NCBI GenBank assembly: GCA_051294905.1
Contig: CM119383.1
Span: 9,920,001-9,984,000, forward strand
Length of the DNA: 64,000 bases
Direction: 5' to 3'
Source: Botryllus schlosseri
Lineage: Eukaryota
The position numbers and the translations under genes are program-made. Positions 63,337-64,000 of the stretch are shown in pieces. Below the pieces are notes generated by a model. The model searched no databases, was not told the origin of the DNA, and was given only the letters and a program-made list of their open reading frames with translations. Positions within the stretch are counted from its first letter, which is position 1, and each line of letters starts with the position of its first letter.

Positions 63337-63848
63337 CTGTTACATCAAAATGTAGTTAAACCGACATCACGCCGTGAACTTTACGACTGTCTCGCATTTA
63401 AATTTCTATCAATTTGTAGTAATTAGGAGGCAACTCTAGGGTGTTTAAAGCTTAATAATGTGATCAATATAGCATTTGAAAACCTGATAAGGGATTAGCA
63501 TACAGGGCACCCAGAATATATTAAATAAAATCCAGTTTGGATTGTCAGGAATCTAATACGAGAGTTGAACAGTACTGCCGAAAAGCGCTACGGCTGGATA
63601 CTTTAAAGAATCCAGGAATGTCCGTGTTTGCTTCTACAAAACTCAATTCAAAATCTCACTCCTGAGAATTGGCAGTTTGTCACAGTTGTATCAACTTATT
63701 CCCATGGGACGATGTAAGTGGCATTACCATTATATTGTTTTTATCACAAGTAGCATACTTTACTAGACAAAAGGATGAATATAATAATAATAATCAATGT
63801 AACCGATCACTGCGAGTTCACACCCATCTATACATACAGTATTCAGAT

Positions 63849-64000
63849 CAGGGGTCCCCAACACGAGGCCCGCCAGGTCATATTTAGCGGCCCGCGACAT
63901 GATTTGAGATTTACAAAGAATGCTTAGTAAAGCATTTTGAAATGCTGAAATTAGCTGTATTTGTTGTTGTTCAAAATAAGCTTTTCTCCAGTGCCCCAAC
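63849..64000 (+). mobile_element. Left end of a Charlie-type MITE, cut by the window edge
   Basis: CAGGGGTCCCCAAC..GGCCCGC start typical of the Charlie-type MITEs seen elsewhere in the window. Confidence 0.65.

Overview
Eukaryotic nuclear DNA from an animal, probably a marine invertebrate (inference from the gene set, HYR and YWTD domains, GT-AG introns and TE types). I assembled seven protein-coding genes by hand from splice sites with consistent reading phase. (1) A 5'-incomplete 20-exon type I membrane receptor on + (177-15143): two YWTD propellers each followed by EGF, then HYR, Sushi-like, mucin stalk, TM and a short tail. (2) Geminin on -. (3) Intronless DCAF11 on +. (4) Intronless RBM7 on +. 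(5) MFF on +. (6) YIPF1/2 on -. (7) TOPORS on -, whose RING-containing 5' end lies beyond the window. Introns and intergenic DNA are packed with non-autonomous DNA transposons, many with intact 8-bp TSDs (hAT-like) and several nested 2-3 deep. There is also a piggyBac-type MITE, a tRNA-derived SINE family and a LINE 3' fragment. The most striking structure is a 4-kb Foldback-like element (27072-31085) with a perfect 9-bp TSD and long modular inverted arms built from a 15-bp and a 9-bp unit. All calls come from reading the sequence; no database searches were run.
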